Positions 37,003 through 52,036 are shown, numbered from the stretch's first letter. The stretch: DNA of 64,000 nt from Octopus sinensis (GCF_006345805.1 NC_042997.1:98890001-98954000), one strand, 5' to 3'. The notes: a model not told the origin generated them from the sequence alone. Made by a program: numbers and translations.

Positions 37003-38186
37003 GTACGTGTGTGTTTTTTTATGTATGTATTGAGCCCTTTGAGTTCTCATTCGATTGCTCGAGATATCAATTTTCTTTCCTCCGGTAAATTAGGACTGAA
37101 AGTTGATTGTTAAAAGCAGTATAATGTACACAGATGCTTTAAAAATATTTGACAAAAATGAGAGAAGAGAGTAGATTAATAAGGATAATAATATGATTCT
37201 CATTACGAAAATAATGTTTGAAATACTCATAAAACTGTTTTAACTGGAACAAAAATACTGGAAGTTGAAAAATCTTATATTTTACACAAAAATATTTGGA
37301 AATCAATAACAGTTTATCGAAAGTGACAGCTATATAGTGGGGTTGTCCAAATTCTACCTGATCTAATATGCATGAAAGTTGTTTACTCATAGTTGATAGA
37401 GCGCGCAAAAAAGATGAAATGAAGGGAAATATTTGTTATGTATCAAGAAAATCGTATAGACAAGAACAAATAATGAATAGTACAAATAATCTCAACCGTT
37501 TAAACATCAAACAGAAAAAAATGAGCAAGTAAAAAAAGACAAACAAGTAAAGAAAAATGAACAAGAATATGACGAAATAGATTTTTCTGAACCTGTTTCC
37601 TCAAAATACATACGTAAATATCAGTATTAAAAGCTTTCTGTGTACCTAAATGCTTATAGGAGTTGCTTTAAGTAAATACAGTTTAAAGGAGATATTTGAA
37701 AAACCTTCGGCCAATGTAGGTGAAACATTAGAGAAAGTATGTAATGTGACGTCAATAATGAAAGCAAAGAGAAATGATACTGTATTGCCTTATGTAGGTT
37801 GTTTAATGATCCAAGAATATTTCGTGAAATATTCTCTTTAATGTTCGAAAATGTTTTAACAATGCCGTGAGGAATTCATCAAATCTCGTAAAGTAATATC
37901 AAAGAATAGAAACAAAGAAAATGATACACATTTACCTTGTCTAGGTGGATTTATATTCCTCTTAAATTTCGGGAAAAATTATACCAGAAAGTAATTAACC
38001 GATGTGTCCGGAGGAATTTGTTGTTATTGGCAAGCCGTCCCAGTTTATGCTTTTAACTGACGACGCGTTAAAATTCATACATTTGCAAAAGTTTTGCATT
38101 TAAGCGTTTACTTCATAGTTTGTGTCAAAGTTAATTATATCTCTATGGGATACGTATAGGAGACTATAAAGATTCTAGTATACTGA

Positions 38187-38412
38187 TTTCAAATTTTGGC
38201 ACAATGCCAGCAAATTTGGAGAGGATTAAGTCGATTGCATCGACTCCAGTACTTAACTGGCACTTATGTTATCGAGCCCTAAAAGATGAAAGACAAAGTC
38301 AATCCCGGCGGAATTAAATTTCAGAAAGTGAAGACGGACGAAATACCGCTAAGCATTTCGCCCATCTTCACGTTCAGCGATGGTAACATTTCTGGCAGCT
38401 CGCCGCCTTAAG
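38187..38412 (-). mobile_element. SINE family 2
   Basis: TTTCAAATTTTGGCAC..GACGGACGAAATACCGCTAAGCATTTCGCCC..GCAGCTCGCCGCC. Confidence 0.8.
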
Positions 38413-39181
38413 ATTTCAGTATATTACTAGTATTTATTTTATCGCCGTCTAACCTATAACGAAATTTGAACGAAACTGTAAAGAATGCACCTACATATTT
38501 AGTTGGATACTTTATAGTTTCTACCAAATTTTTGTGATAGGTTTGATAGAGCAACGGGCGAAACTTCAGGCGATATTTATTCTGTCTCCTTGCATTCTAG
38601 GCTGAAGTCCTACCAAAACCATCTTCGTTATTCATATTTCCGGGTTGGGGTTATAAATAAAATACCAGTCTAGAGTTGTAGACTAATAGAAGAGTTATAG
38701 CCCCGGATAGAATGCGTTATTGAGTGTGATAAATCTCTGCGTTCTGAATTCAAATCCCAGTTGGACCTACATTGGTGTTAGACTTAATCTGTCACCCAGT
38801 TTCACACCGGCACCTCGTACTTTGGTGAATTTAGGGGAATAATATCCCTTGCACACATTCAGGCCATGGTACCTTCCTCTCTCCACCATCGAAGGCCTTG
38901 TAACGTGTCAGGATCACTGCGCTACCTCCAGATAAATCAATGAAATTAAAATTAAAAACAACTTGAAATCTGAATTAAGTACCATTTTATACTGATATCG
39001 ATTTAATTACCAATATACACTAGTTTCACTAAATATAATTATTTGTGCATGATAAACCAAATTGAAAAATAAATATATATCAATAATAAAAGGATAGAAC
39101 AGTGAAATTGGATTTTCAGACAACACACACATCACACACAAACATGCGCATACATTTATGAAGGTTTTGGCGTATGTAATA

Positions 39182-39226
<45 letters not shown>

Positions 39227-39302
39227 ATATATAGAAAGAGAGAGAGAGATATATATATATACATGTATATACATATATATATACATACATATACATATGT
39301 AT

Positions 39303-39421
<119 letters not shown>

Positions 39422-39479
39422 ATATGCACATATATATGTGTATATATAGAGGTATGTTTGTAAGCATGTATCTAGGTAT

Positions 39480-40225
39480 GTATGACATTGTTCAGTTTTA
39501 CTTCAAGATTTCTTGCCAATAGAGAAAGAGCTGGTTTGTAACCCAGATTCACTGGAATTTCAACATAAACAATAGGGTATTTTTGTTTCTTTATATGTAT
39601 GTATGTATGCATGTATGTATGTATGTATGTATGTATGTATGTATGTATGTATTTGTTCAGATTTGTATGATTTGCCTTATGTTTGTATTGTCATACACAT
39701 AGTTGCACATCTAGACATGGTCATATATGTTTAAATGATAAACCTCTGGAAAGTTTTTCAGATTTTTACAGTTCCAGTGATGGTTTGAATCTGTAGTCTT
39801 CTAATCAGCTTTCTCCTTTCTGGTTTTGAGAAGCCCATTTTCTCAAGATTGGTATTTAGTCAGTGTGTTATATATCCCAGGGCCCCAATAATTACAGGTA
39901 TGGACCTAAACTTGTAATCGGGAAAGAGTAACAGCAGATTTCTCAATAGTTCGGCAAAGGTGTTCTTTTTCACTGATCTTCAGTTTTATGTTAACATTAA
40001 CCGCTGGGGAGCTAATTTCCACAACTGTGCACAGTTTCACTTCTATATGCCAAATCATTATATGAAGTCTGTTGTGCTTTCATTTTATTGAGGTTTTCAC
40101 TGGGACATTCCACCAATATTCCTTTTTAATATGGGTGGCTATAACGTCTACCATACTGTGGGTTCTTATTTTTGTCCTTGGTGTTATCCTTCCGACAGAT
40201 TTAATTATAGAGTGTCCTAGCTACA
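39480..40225 (-). mobile_element. Same REL-endonuclease LINE family as 36100-36880, inverted
   Basis: Reverse complement matches its endonuclease C-terminus and its (TACA)n-containing 3' UTR ending ..TTGGCAAGAAATCTTGAA. Confidence 0.75.
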
Positions 40226-40462
40226 ACATCATGTCTCATAGGTAGATAATGCGGTGATAACATTTTGGGACAAATGCTATGGTGGGGGGGATATCTTCAA
40301 TGTTAACACCACAACATCTGCATCAGTTGTCACATTTTACTGCTTTTGTGCATCAGGTACTTGGTTGATATTTCCTGTTCCTGGATTGTATTTATGTATG
40401 TATATGTGTGTGTATGTATGTATACATGTATGTATGTATGTGTGTATGTATGTATATGTGCT

Positions 40463-40513
<51 letters not shown>

Positions 40514-42262
40514 GTGTGTGTGTGTATCACAAAACTGTTTGAAAAATTGAAAAACGAGAGGAATTACACAATATACACAACATGATAATTTCTTTCGCAA
40601 AATTTCGTGGCGTTATGCTTTTCGAAAACAGTGTGTGTGTGTGTATGTGTGCGTGTATGTGTGTATGCGTGTGTGTGTGTGTGTTTTTGCACGCGTATGT
40701 GGGTGTCTGCGTCAGTATGTACATATACATATATATATATATATGTGTGTGTGTGTGTATGTGCATGTGTGTGTGTGTGCGCGCGTGCGCATGTGGTGTG
40801 GGTGCGTGCGTCAGAATTTATACATACATATATATATACATGTGTGTATGCTTGTGTGTGTGAGCAATATATATATATATTTACGCATATATACATAAAC
40901 TACCAGCATAGTCATACATGAATATTTATTCTTAATTTATGTATCGATTTTGTAACATTGAGTCCACGTATATCTATGGTCTCCACAGAATTAACCAGAT
41001 TACAGACGAATTTCTCTTTTGGATTATTAGAGAAGTTGTTGCAATGGACAAATCTTTTTCTTGGACTCAGTACTCCTACTATTTACAAAACAGATAAATC
41101 TGTTTGTCCTAATGTCCATTACTTGCGACTACTTAGGTGGACTTGGCTGTTGATAACAATATGCCATTGCTTGTGTCAATCCGAGCCAATAACAGGATAC
41201 CTCTTATTGATTCAGTCATCGTTGCTTCTTGTAGAGAATATCACGAGAGTTTTAATTCATTTTCCCTCTTTTTGTCTGAGCGTTAAACTTCCACTTATGA
41301 ATGTTATGTTCTTAAGATATGTAGCCAAAAGAGACTGTATATTTATAGGTTGGTGCATCTGTGATGAACGATAGCGAAAAGATTTAACGGCTTATATAAG
41401 TAGCATAACTAGTTTCCATTAACACAATATTTCGATGATTTATCGAGAAAAGACCGAATTCTCCAGCGGCTTATGATACAGTTATAGAATTGCTTTGATA
41501 CGTATCAGAAATGTAACTGATAAGCATACAAAGTCTCGGGAATATTTAGATTACTTCCTACATATTTCCTATTTGATTTATCATATTCTAAGATTTTCTT
41601 ACACTCGTCTTCTATATATCTCGTTTGCTATTCTAACTTACCGTAATTAACCAGTGAAATTCTGTACATTTCCTACACCAACACATCAATTTACAATGTT
41701 ATTTTTGCAACGGAAAAGTTATATTAAGTACTTACCTTGTTCACAGTTTTAGCGTTTATCTATCAGAGACTTTTATTTATAAACGTAGCATTACCTACCC
41801 TAACTCCGTTCTCCAAACCTAAAACTAAATCTAATTGACTTTGTTTATCATCTGTTCTTTCCTATCTGCTCCAACATGTCTGAAGATTTAAACTTTTATT
41901 GAAGATACTTACAGCTCAACAATCAACCTTAATTATCTATAATCGTCTTACCCATCACTACTTCCCAAATCAAACACTAGATTTACTTGTCAAACTGTAT
42001 TTACAAAATAAATAAAGAAATTAGAAAAATCTGCCACTACTGTTTGTAGGTCTATTGGTGTATTAGAAATATAGAAGAAATAGTTAAGCCTTTTGACAAT
42101 ATAGTGTAAACAAGTGTATATATAAATACTGTACGTGCATTTTAATACACGTCCGAAAGGACATACATATTGGAAGAGAATTTCTTTGAAAATACGTATT
42201 CGAGCACATGCACGCATGTGTACCTAAATACATAACTATATGGAGAAAGGAAGAGAGAGACA

Positions 42263-42308
<46 letters not shown>

Positions 42309-42402
42309 ATTTGAGTAAGGGGGAGTAGATGCTCCAGTATGGCCGCAATCAAATTACTGAAACAAATAAAAGAATATATAGAGATTTATTATTGCTTGCA
42401 GA

Positions 42403-42447
<45 letters not shown>

Positions 42448-42879
42448 ATATATATAGGAAAATAAGACAAGGTAGAAAGTGCTAAAATAATTTTATCATG
42501 AAGAATATTTTAGTATCGGATTCAGTCTTTTCGACTTTTTCAACTTAGAGTAAAGCAAGACAAGCAATTGAATTGAAGAAAAAGTCTTCAAATTCGTTCG
42601 ACCTTTTCCTTTTCACTGTCTTTCTCTTTTACTTTTGTGAAGGCTAATTAGATAGTAGCAGGTCTGAAGAAATAGTTAATATGGGTGCAGAGAAACGTTG
42701 GTTCTCGATTTTGATTGTTTAAGCAGTATGGCCGCAGCCCTCGGGCTGAAACTAAAAAAGATGTATGTGTGTGCGTGCGCGTCTGTATGTGCGTGTGCGT
42801 GTGTATGTGTGTGCGCGTGCGCGTGCATGCGTGTGTACACATGTAAGTACGTGCGCACACATACTTATCTTAAACTAAA

Positions 42880-43075
42880 ATTACTGCGCCAGATAAAATG
42901 CTTTGCGGCATATCTTCTGGCTTTACGTTCTGAGTTCAAATATCAACGAGGTCGACTTTAATTTCATCATTTTGGTGTTAATAAAATAAGTACCAGTCAA
43001 GCAATGTGGCTGCTGATATTGACGTACTCCTTCCCCTAAAATTGCTGGTCTTGTGCCAAAATTTGAAACTATTGT
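42880..43075 (+). mobile_element. SINE family 2
   Basis: TTACGTTCTGAGTTCAAAT..GAGGTCGACTTT..AAAATAAGTACCAG..TTGTGCCAAAATTTGAA. Confidence 0.75.
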
Positions 43076-44679
43076 TTAAGCTGAATTTGCATGGACTGCG
43101 ATTCTTAGTATAGTGATTTTCAAGCAGTTAGTATTATAAATGAAAAAAGTATTTGTTGCGAATAAATTAGAAAATATTTGAATATCTACTATAACAATAC
43201 TCAGCCTTCGTTGTAATAGAACTTGCAGGAATCCAGCAGGTGTATTTCGTTTCTTATTTCGATATCCGACGAAAAAATAAATAAAACATTTCTTAATGCA
43301 CCTTAATTGAAGAAAATATTTCACATTTTTATTGCGTATTTAAATATATTAAGCTACTATTCGGTTATCCAACATTTGATGACGCAATATTTTGCGAATA
43401 TCATGATTTGAGGTGACAAAGGATATAAACTTTGAACCGAATGCTTACAGTAGAGGTTTTATATAACGATATATTCATTTTCTCAAATAGGCAAATGAGA
43501 CAGCCAGCGTTACAACATTTGTAATATTTGGCATAGTGTTATTCATTCCAAATAGTTTTGTTTTCAAACATCATTGGTATGTTTCTAAACTTGCGTCAAA
43601 AACATGTTTTCGATTTCTGGAAGAATGTTAATACTGATTATATCGTCACTTGAATCGGTTTTGAATTAATCAAATAAAATATTTGAAAACTCAATTTTCA
43701 TTTGTATTTTAGCAAGCACAAAGTATTATCAATTTCGAAATACATAGATAATCTAATAGATATAAACTATAATCTGGGCACAAAAAAAGATTTAGATCAT
43801 TTTTATGAATATTTAGTCTAGATATATGCTAATTCTTTAAGAAAAGTGTCTGCAACTTAAGCTAAATTTATAATTATTTCTGTTTAAACATTTATAATCT
43901 TTGTGATTCTTCGGGAGATGTTTATCAAAAAAAGTAAAGATGAACGATACGTGTACGGGAACTGTGATTAAACGAGAAAAATGACATGAAGTGGATCGGG
44001 GAGAGTGGGATCCGGGAGAATATACTGGAAGAAAGGAGAAAAGAAGGGAAAGAACGAATAGAGAAGGGATATGTAAGTAAAGTGGATTAAAGGATAGAAG
44101 AAAAGATTAACTGTGTAAGATAAAAGGTCAGGGATTAACCACATCCGTATCATTTATTTGAAATGACTCGTAGAACACCTTTAACGTTGTTTGTGAAACT
44201 TTATGCAGACACACACGCCTAAACCTTGGAATAATATTTTTTAATAATTTAGTGATGTTTAGAATAAAGAAAATTACAATAATTAATTCTAATTAAACTT
44301 TAACATATCAGATTAATTTATACAATTAAAAAAGAACAAAATGATATAATGAAAATCACTTTGTTTGATTGTGGAAAGAAACATATGTTACAATTTTATA
44401 GAACCCTTTCCATAAAACTAGCCAGTCTCCACCACAGAAACTCACTGGTCGTAAAGAAGCGATGAATTTATTTATTACAAGAGACTACTTTCAAAACTGG
44501 ATTAGTTCGTATAACTGAGTACCAAGGACAGACATTTACTATTTATCTAATTTACAAGGCTAGCTCTTATGAATTACACGAACATCTCACTTTTGCAACT
44601 TGAGTGGACTGGAGGAGCATCATGTAACAATGTGCCACTGGTTTTCGAACTCATGATTGTGAGCCAAATACCTTATTTA

Positions 44680-45068
44680 TTTACTACCCACAAGGGGCTA
44701 AACATAGAGGGGACAAACAAGAACAGACAAACGGATTAAGTCGATTATATCGACCCCAGTGCGTAACTGGTACTTATTTAATCGACCCCGAAAGGATGAA
44801 AGCCAAAGTCGACCTCGGCGGAATTTGAACTCAGATCGTAGCGGCAGACGAAATACCTATTTCTTTACTACCCACAAGGGGCTAAACACAGAGAGGACAA
44901 ACAAGGACAGACAAACGGATTAAGTCAATTATATCGACTCCAGTGTATAACTGGTACTTATTTAATCGACCCCGAAAGGATGAAAGGCAAAGTCGAGCAC
45001 GGCGGAATTTGAACTCAGAACGTAACGGCAGACGAAATACGGTTACGCATTTCGCCCGGCGTGCTAAC
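44680..45068 (-). mobile_element. SINE family 2, head-to-tail dimer
   Basis: Two ~185-bp near-identical units CTACCCACAAGGGGCTAAACA..GACGAAATAC. Confidence 0.9.
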
Positions 45069-45355
45069 GTTGTGAGCCAAATACTTTAACCTTTAAGCCA
45101 CCCGCCAGCAGATACCAGCTGACAATTGCATAATTTTCAATCGTTACCCAAACATACACATGTAACCACATACACACATACACACGCTAATACAGTCACA
45201 TATTGTTACGTACATATATAGAGTCTATTCGTTTTATACATACACACATTCATACATATATAATTACACAGACACATATGCACAGGTATCAGCAGACATT
45301 CCACCCGCAGTCTGTATGTTAAACAAACAGATACCAACATGCACATTCAATTGTT

Positions 45356-45392
<37 letters not shown>

Positions 45393-45394
<2 letters not shown>

Positions 45395-45620
45395 CGTCTC
45401 ACACAGTTACGCGCACACACAGAGTCTCATACAAGTACGCGCACACACACACACACATACCGTCTCATAGAGTTACGCGCACACATAGTCTCATACGGGT
45501 ACGCGCGCACACACAGTCTCATAGAGTTTCGGGAACACACACAAACACAGTCTCATACAGATACGCGTATACATACAAACACACTCAAACACACAGTCTC
45601 ATACAGTTACACGCACGCAC
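45393..45620. repeat. Minisatellite: GTCTCATACAGTTACGCG core separated by (CA)n, about 7 units
   Basis: Core at ~45393, 45423, 45460, 45487, 45515, 45549 and 45595. Confidence 0.8.
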
Positions 45621-45862
45621 ACACATAGACACACACACACAGATACGAGCAGACAATCAGCGTCATATTTTCATTTATTTATTATTGGAACGCAAAAATC
45701 TTTGTAGGACTGGATGAGAGAGGAGGAAGGAGTAGTGACTATAGCAGACGGACATGTACTGATAATCTGACACGTCAGTCTTCCCAAAACAATTCTACTA
45801 ATATAGATAAGATATCAAATGTGTATGTGTGTGTGAGTGAGTGTGCGTGCGTGTGTGTGAGT

Positions 45863-45932
<70 letters not shown>

Positions 45933-46368
45933 AGAGAGATAAAGAGGGGCAGACTGACAAACAGACAGATAGATAGACAGAGTAATGTAGTTAGGCCACT
46001 TAGAATAATGGAACTGACTGCCAATGTTTTAACAAAAACATACATAGACATACACGCGTACGCACGCACACACACTCACAGACACAGAACGCGCGCGCAC
46101 ACACAAACACACACACATATATGTGCATATATATGTGTATGTATAAGTGTATGTGAATAAAATGAACCTTCCCGTAGATTTCAATGGACATCATGAGTGT
46201 GTATGCTATTCAGTTTTATTTCTAGGTTTCTTGCTAGTAGGGAAATACTTCGTTTCTAAACTTGATTAAAGATTCCTTCCTTAGAATTTTAAACAGCATC
46301 AACAAGGTATTTGTGCATGTTTATGCATGTTTGTGCATGTGTTCACTATCTGGAGTCAGTGCATGTAC

Positions 46369-46405
<37 letters not shown>

Positions 46406-46498
46406 GTAAAAAGATTGATGGATTTCTTTTCTCTTATGAGGTTTTTCACGCTAACTACTTGATAAATTCTTATAAAGATTTTATCCTATATATATATA

Positions 46499-46556
<58 letters not shown>

Positions 46557-46574
46557 CCATGCATATAGTTACAT

Positions 46575-47030
46575 ATCTACACATGCAATTATGTACTTAA
46601 ATGCTAAACGTTTGGATAGTTTTAGACCTTGGTAGGTCCATTGATGGATAATATCTTTAATCTCATAATTAACTTTTTTGTTTCTGGTTCGGAGAAACCT
46701 AACTTCTCAAGATTGGTGCTGAGGCAGTTTGTTACATATGCCAGTACCCTAATAATTACGAGTGTAAATCTGAATTTGTAATTGGGTAGCTGTAATCGGG
46801 TAGCTAAATTTCTCGATAGTTCAGCGTAGATGTTTTGTAACTGAAAAGTATACCAGCAGTTGAACTAGTCGGTTCGCGTCTTCTCCATCTAGAATAAGGG
46901 TCCAGCTTGCGTTTCAAGTGTCCACAACCTTTCAACAGAGTGCTAATTAACCTCAGAGATTTGTTGAGTGGACTAATTCTTATCTGGACTAATTCTTATC
47001 TAAGATATGAGATAAAACCACATTGCAGAA
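46575..47030 (-). mobile_element. Third copy of the REL-endonuclease LINE 3' end
   Basis: Minus strand ..TACGCTGAACTAT.GAG.AATT..TACCC.ATTACAAATTCAG..ACCAATCTTGAGAAGTT..AACCAGAA, matching 36420-36600. Confidence 0.65.
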
Positions 47031-47140
47031 GGAGGTACAAAGAAGAGCATCTCCGTCCATCTCGATACTTCACGATACAGAAAAAAAACCATACACGTGT
47101 GTGTGAATGCTCATAAAACTCATATAACTAATCAACGGTG

Positions 47141-47201
<61 letters not shown>

Positions 47202-47210
47202 TATATATAT

Positions 47211-47541
47211 AATAAATATTAGGGAATAAATCCAAATTTACAGGGAAAAAATCAGATTTAGGATTAAATCCAATTTTATAGTAAAATATTATATAATATT
47301 AATTAGAGACAAAACCACTATTTTGCAAAACAAACAAGGAAAGACTTAATCAATACATTAAATTTTAATAAAAAGTAATTTGAAACTGACTTGAAAATCG
47401 GAAATCCACCTGAAGATTGTCGATCAAGACATGAAACAATTGTAGTGGCGGTTTTTTTTTTTATAAAATTTTATGTATTGATTAAGTCTTTCCTTGTTTG
47501 TTTTGCAAAATAGTGGTTTTGTCTCTAATTAATATTATATA
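47211..47541. mobile_element. Penelope-like foldback element, family B
   Basis: ~80-bp tail, inverted arms 47290-47374 and ~47457-47541, an intact hammerhead in the ~80-bp loop, (TA)n on both sides. Confidence 0.75.
47396..47453 (+). ncRNA. Type I hammerhead ribozyme (compact)
   Basis: AATCG-gaaat-CCAC CTGAAGA T TGTC gatcaa GACA T GAAA C AATT G TA GTGG CGGTT; stem III palindrome ACAATTGT; predicted cleavage after 47444. Confidence 0.8.
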
Positions 47542-47544
47542 TAT

Positions 47545-47589
<45 letters not shown>

Positions 47590-48844
47590 TACAAACAAAT
47601 ATACAGACATACATACACACACAAACATAGATACATGTGTGTGTGTATGTATGTTAATATGTATAAAAACTTAAATATATATATAATCATATATATAGAG
47701 AGATGCATATATACATACATAAACGCATAAACCTATATGAATGTATGTATATAATGTACACACGAACGCATACACTGCATACGCAAAGATGTTTACATTG
47801 TATTGGTACATATATAGTTACACACATATTTCTGCAACCTTACAGAATAATAACATGGTGGTTTGAAATTATCGTTCATGTTTGACGAAGGAACCGAAGA
47901 CAGCAACCGGATATTAGCGCTTCGTCCGAAAGATTGCTGACCTTCAGGGTGGATATCATCTTGGCTACATATTGCAAAATTTCATTGATGTATTCAGATA
48001 TTCGTTCTTATAAATGATGAAGGTTCGGCCGACATTAAAGTGTAATAATGCGTAAAGTTTGGTTTGTTTGAACAATGGCGTGACGGGACAGTGGTTCCCT
48101 ATAACGAAAGACAACATCGACATATGTCTACAGACATGATTGTCAAGCAGCTCCAAGTTGGCTGGTTGTAAATACAGAAAGTGAAAAGCAAAGTGATACG
48201 TAATATATATATATATGTGTGTGTCTGTGTATGTGTGTGTGTGTATGTGTATATATATATACACACACGCTATGTTAAGTAAGGCAACATATTGGTGATT
48301 ATAATAATGATTCCACATGAGAAGATAACCGTTAATGCAAGAATAGAGTTTTGTCAATAAAGCATTAGCATCAATACATTTTAAAAGTGATAGATTGAAA
48401 CTAAGACATGTAAGCAAAGAAATATATGATGAATGAGAGGAATGATCGAAGAACAAACGAAGACGGAATGAGATTGGCAGAGAGCGGTCAGTGACATTCA
48501 CTGACAATACGGGCAGTGACACACGTTTAGAAATTTATATGCATATATGTACATATATAGATGTATAGTTCTTCTACAATTATGAGTACATTTTCATATA
48601 TATATATATATCGAAGATGCAATCAAACGTTATGTGGTACAGTGCAAAGTAGGCCTTGTCCACTCAACGGCAACACGTAGTAAATGATCCATATGCATTC
48701 GAGTAAACTGAGTCCTCAACTTGTCCATTTGTCCAGAAGGTTTACAAAACACCAGCAGACCTCAAGAGACACACGCTTGTCCATCGTACATAATCAGTTT
48801 TTTTATTTTACTGAGAGAATCGATTATGTATGTATATATGTATG

Positions 48845-48887
<43 letters not shown>

Positions 48888-50619
48888 ATGTGTGTATGTA
48901 TGTATGTATGTATGTATGTATGTATGTATGTATGTATGTATGTATGTATGCATGTATGTGTGTGTGTATGTATGTATGTGAGAGATTCACGATGTTAGGC
49001 TGGTTAACCATTACTCTTTAAGGAAGATGTTCTTAGGTACACAATATCACACAGACTTTGTGAAGATATTTGACACGGACCCAACAATTTCAGCTAAAAC
49101 TTAAATCATGCTATCACGTGAAATAACGGTTTTCTCCCGATTCTTCATGGAAAATTGCAGCTCTTTAATGTGATTCACGCAATTAGTACTAACTAATGAA
49201 AACATGGGGCGCAATCGAGATATTGAGTTTAGACAGATTTTCTCATTAATTTGCTTAGCAGACATCAGTCGAATAATTATACTCTACATCAACGCATACA
49301 CATATTTATATATGTGAGTGTGCGTGCGTGTATAAATACATACACACACGTCCATACATGTACGTATGATTATAGATACCTGCATGTCGATGTATATATA
49401 TATATTATATGTCTATATATACATTTGTGCATATACACATATATGCGTATATACGTATACGTGTGAGAGTATGTGTGTATGCATGTGTGCGTGTGTGTAT
49501 GTATGCATGCATTATGTATATACATATATATATGTGTGTGTGTGTGTGTGGGTGTACAACAATCATAGATATATTCATTATAAACAGATATATATGTATA
49601 TATAATAATATATAAGTATATATACTTCGTAAATATTTATGCTCATATGTACGTGTGTATGTATGTTTGTATGTATGTATGTATGTATGTATGTATGTAT
49701 GTATGTATGTATGTATGTACATGTATATATAAGGCATACCATTATATATTCTATTATATATTATATATTTCAATAATTTATGTTTCCATTACTACAGCGT
49801 GGCCGTTTATAGAATCCGAGCCGTTATATTCTATGCGTTGACTGTTTAATGATGGAAAGTATTTACAACTTTTGTATTATTAGCGTTAATGTTTATTGTT
49901 AATGTGTAACCATTTGCATTAAGCCACTTCCGACATAGCTTCCTCAAAACATAGGCTAAAAGCAGCCGCCATATTGATATTTTATCAATAGCTTCTCTAT
50001 TACATTATTTATGAATTTATATCTCATAGTGTTCCGTATGTTTCAATATAAAATTTACTCAGACGGCAGTAAATTTATGAAACTGAATAACCAGAATAGA
50101 AGTTGTGAAGAATTTAGTTAACTTATTTATATCGTAATAGTTATTTTAATATTTATTCACCGTTTAATAATATCGGTTTCTTTTGGTACTCTTTTTGTTG
50201 TTGTTGTTGTAGTTGTTGTTGTTCTTGTTCTTGTTGGTGTTGTTGTTAATAGTGGTGACTTATGGTTGTCGTTGTTGTAGTTGTTGTTGTTGTTGTTGTT
50301 GTTGCTTATCTCAGTGTTAGCTCCGAATGGTTATATGACCGCAGACGTTCCAAACATAACCGTCTCATCATTTTTTCACCGACTGGGTTGAAATAGATTT
50401 TATCTAATGAGCGTTGTAAATAAGGTTAACATATAAAGTAACTGCATTATTTGTGTGTCATTCAACACAATGCAGTGTACATGAATGTTAGTATATGCTT
50501 GTGTAGGTATGCATGAAGTGAAATGTTATAGACATTATGCACATTGACACATATGCAACACACACATATACATATGCATAAGTATGTGTTGTGTGTGTAT
50601 ATATATATACATACATAGT

Positions 50620-50780
50620 CGTAGTAGTGGTTGTGTGGTAAGTAGCTTGTTTATGAACCACATGGTTACGGGTTCAGTCCCACGGCGTGGCACTTTGGGC
50701 AAGTGTCTTCTACTATAGCCTCGGGCTGTCCAAAACCTTGTGAGTTGATTTGGTAGCCGGAAACTGAAAGAAGCCCGTTG
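50620..50780 (+). mobile_element. SINE family 1, 5' half
   Basis: GTGGTTGTGTGGTAAGTAGCTTG..GGAAACTGAAAGAAGCCCGTTG. Confidence 0.85.
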
Positions 50781-50823
<43 letters not shown>

Positions 50824-50832
50824 TATATATAT

Positions 50833-51198
50833 ATAAACGGCAGTTTGTCTGTGCGTGTTTCTGTGTGTCTGTTTGCTTGTACCTTCACCCTGACCACGGC
50901 TTTCAACCGATTCTGATGAAACTTGAAACACACATAGCCCAATGTCATAATTCAAAACTAACGCAGCGAAAATTTTGAAAAGTTCCCCCAGTTCTGAAAA
51001 AAATCGATAAATTCGACATGGGGTCCAGAATCAGAAACACAAACTGTCTAGGGGACGCAACTCCACCTTTTTTAACTAAAAAAATAAATTTACCATCATT
51101 TTTTTCCATTTTTTTGCTATTTTTTGGCTATAACTCTCTAAAAATGCTTTATAGTTATTTCCCTTACAAACCTGAGCAACGCCGGGCGATACTGCTAG
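50833..51198 (+). mobile_element. Non-autonomous Helitron nested in the SINE's (TA)n
   Basis: Body TTTCAACCGATTCTGATGAAACTTG..; 3' end CCTGAGCAACGCCGGG-CGATACTG-CTAG|T. Confidence 0.65.
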
Positions 51199-51219
51199 TA
51201 TATATATATATATATATGT

Positions 51220-51420
51220 GTATATGTTTGTGTGTCTGTGTTTGTCTCCCCAACATCGCTTGACAACGGATGCTGGTGTGTTTACGTCCCCGTAACTTAG
51301 CGGTAGGGCAAACGAGACCGATGAAATAAGTACTAGTCCTGGGGTCGATTTACTCGACTAAAGGCGGTGCTCCAGCATGGCTACAGTCAAATGACTGAAA
51401 CAAGTAAATGAGTAAAGAGA
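51220..51420 (+). mobile_element. SINE family 1, 3' half (continuation of 50620-50780)
   Basis: CCCCAACATCGCTTGACAAC..AAATGACTGAAACAAGTAAA. Confidence 0.85.
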
Positions 51421-51684
51421 GTAAAGAGTATACATACATCCATACATACATAAATGCATACATGCATACATGCATACGTACATATATACATACATACATA
51501 CTTACATACATACATACATACATACACACACACATACATACACACATACATACATACATACATACATACATACATACATACATACATACATACATACATA
51601 CATACAAATTTGAGATGGACATATTCGTCGAAAATGCATCTGCATCAGTTTTGATTTTTCTTATGACAAATATATCATTTTCTT

Positions 51685-52036
51685 CTCTAGGCACAAGGCC
51701 TGAAATTTTGGGGGAGGGGCCAGTCGATTAGATCGATCCCAGTACGCAACTGGTACTTAACTTTTGGACCCCGAATTGATGAAAGGCAAAGTTGGCCTCG
51801 GCGGAATTTGAACTCAGAACATAAAGTCAAACGAAATACCGCTAAGCATTTCGCCCGGCGTGCTAACATTTCTGCCAATTCGCTGCTTTATTTTAACAAT
51901 AATAATATTTTCGACTCAAGGCACAGGGCCCGAAATTTTGAGGGAGGGGGCCAGTCGATTAGATCGACCCCAGTACGCAACTGGTACTTAATTTATCGAC
52001 CCCGAAATGATGAAAGGCAAAGCCAGCCCCGGCGGT
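51685..52036 (-). mobile_element. SINE family 2, one full and one partial tandem copy
   Basis: GGCACAAGGCC.GAAATTTTG.GGGAGGGG repeated at 51690 and 51920. Confidence 0.85.

Noticed and set aside
47965-48522. 185-aa minus-strand ORF
   Set aside because: It spans a microsatellite and has no recognisable domain or consistent splice sites.
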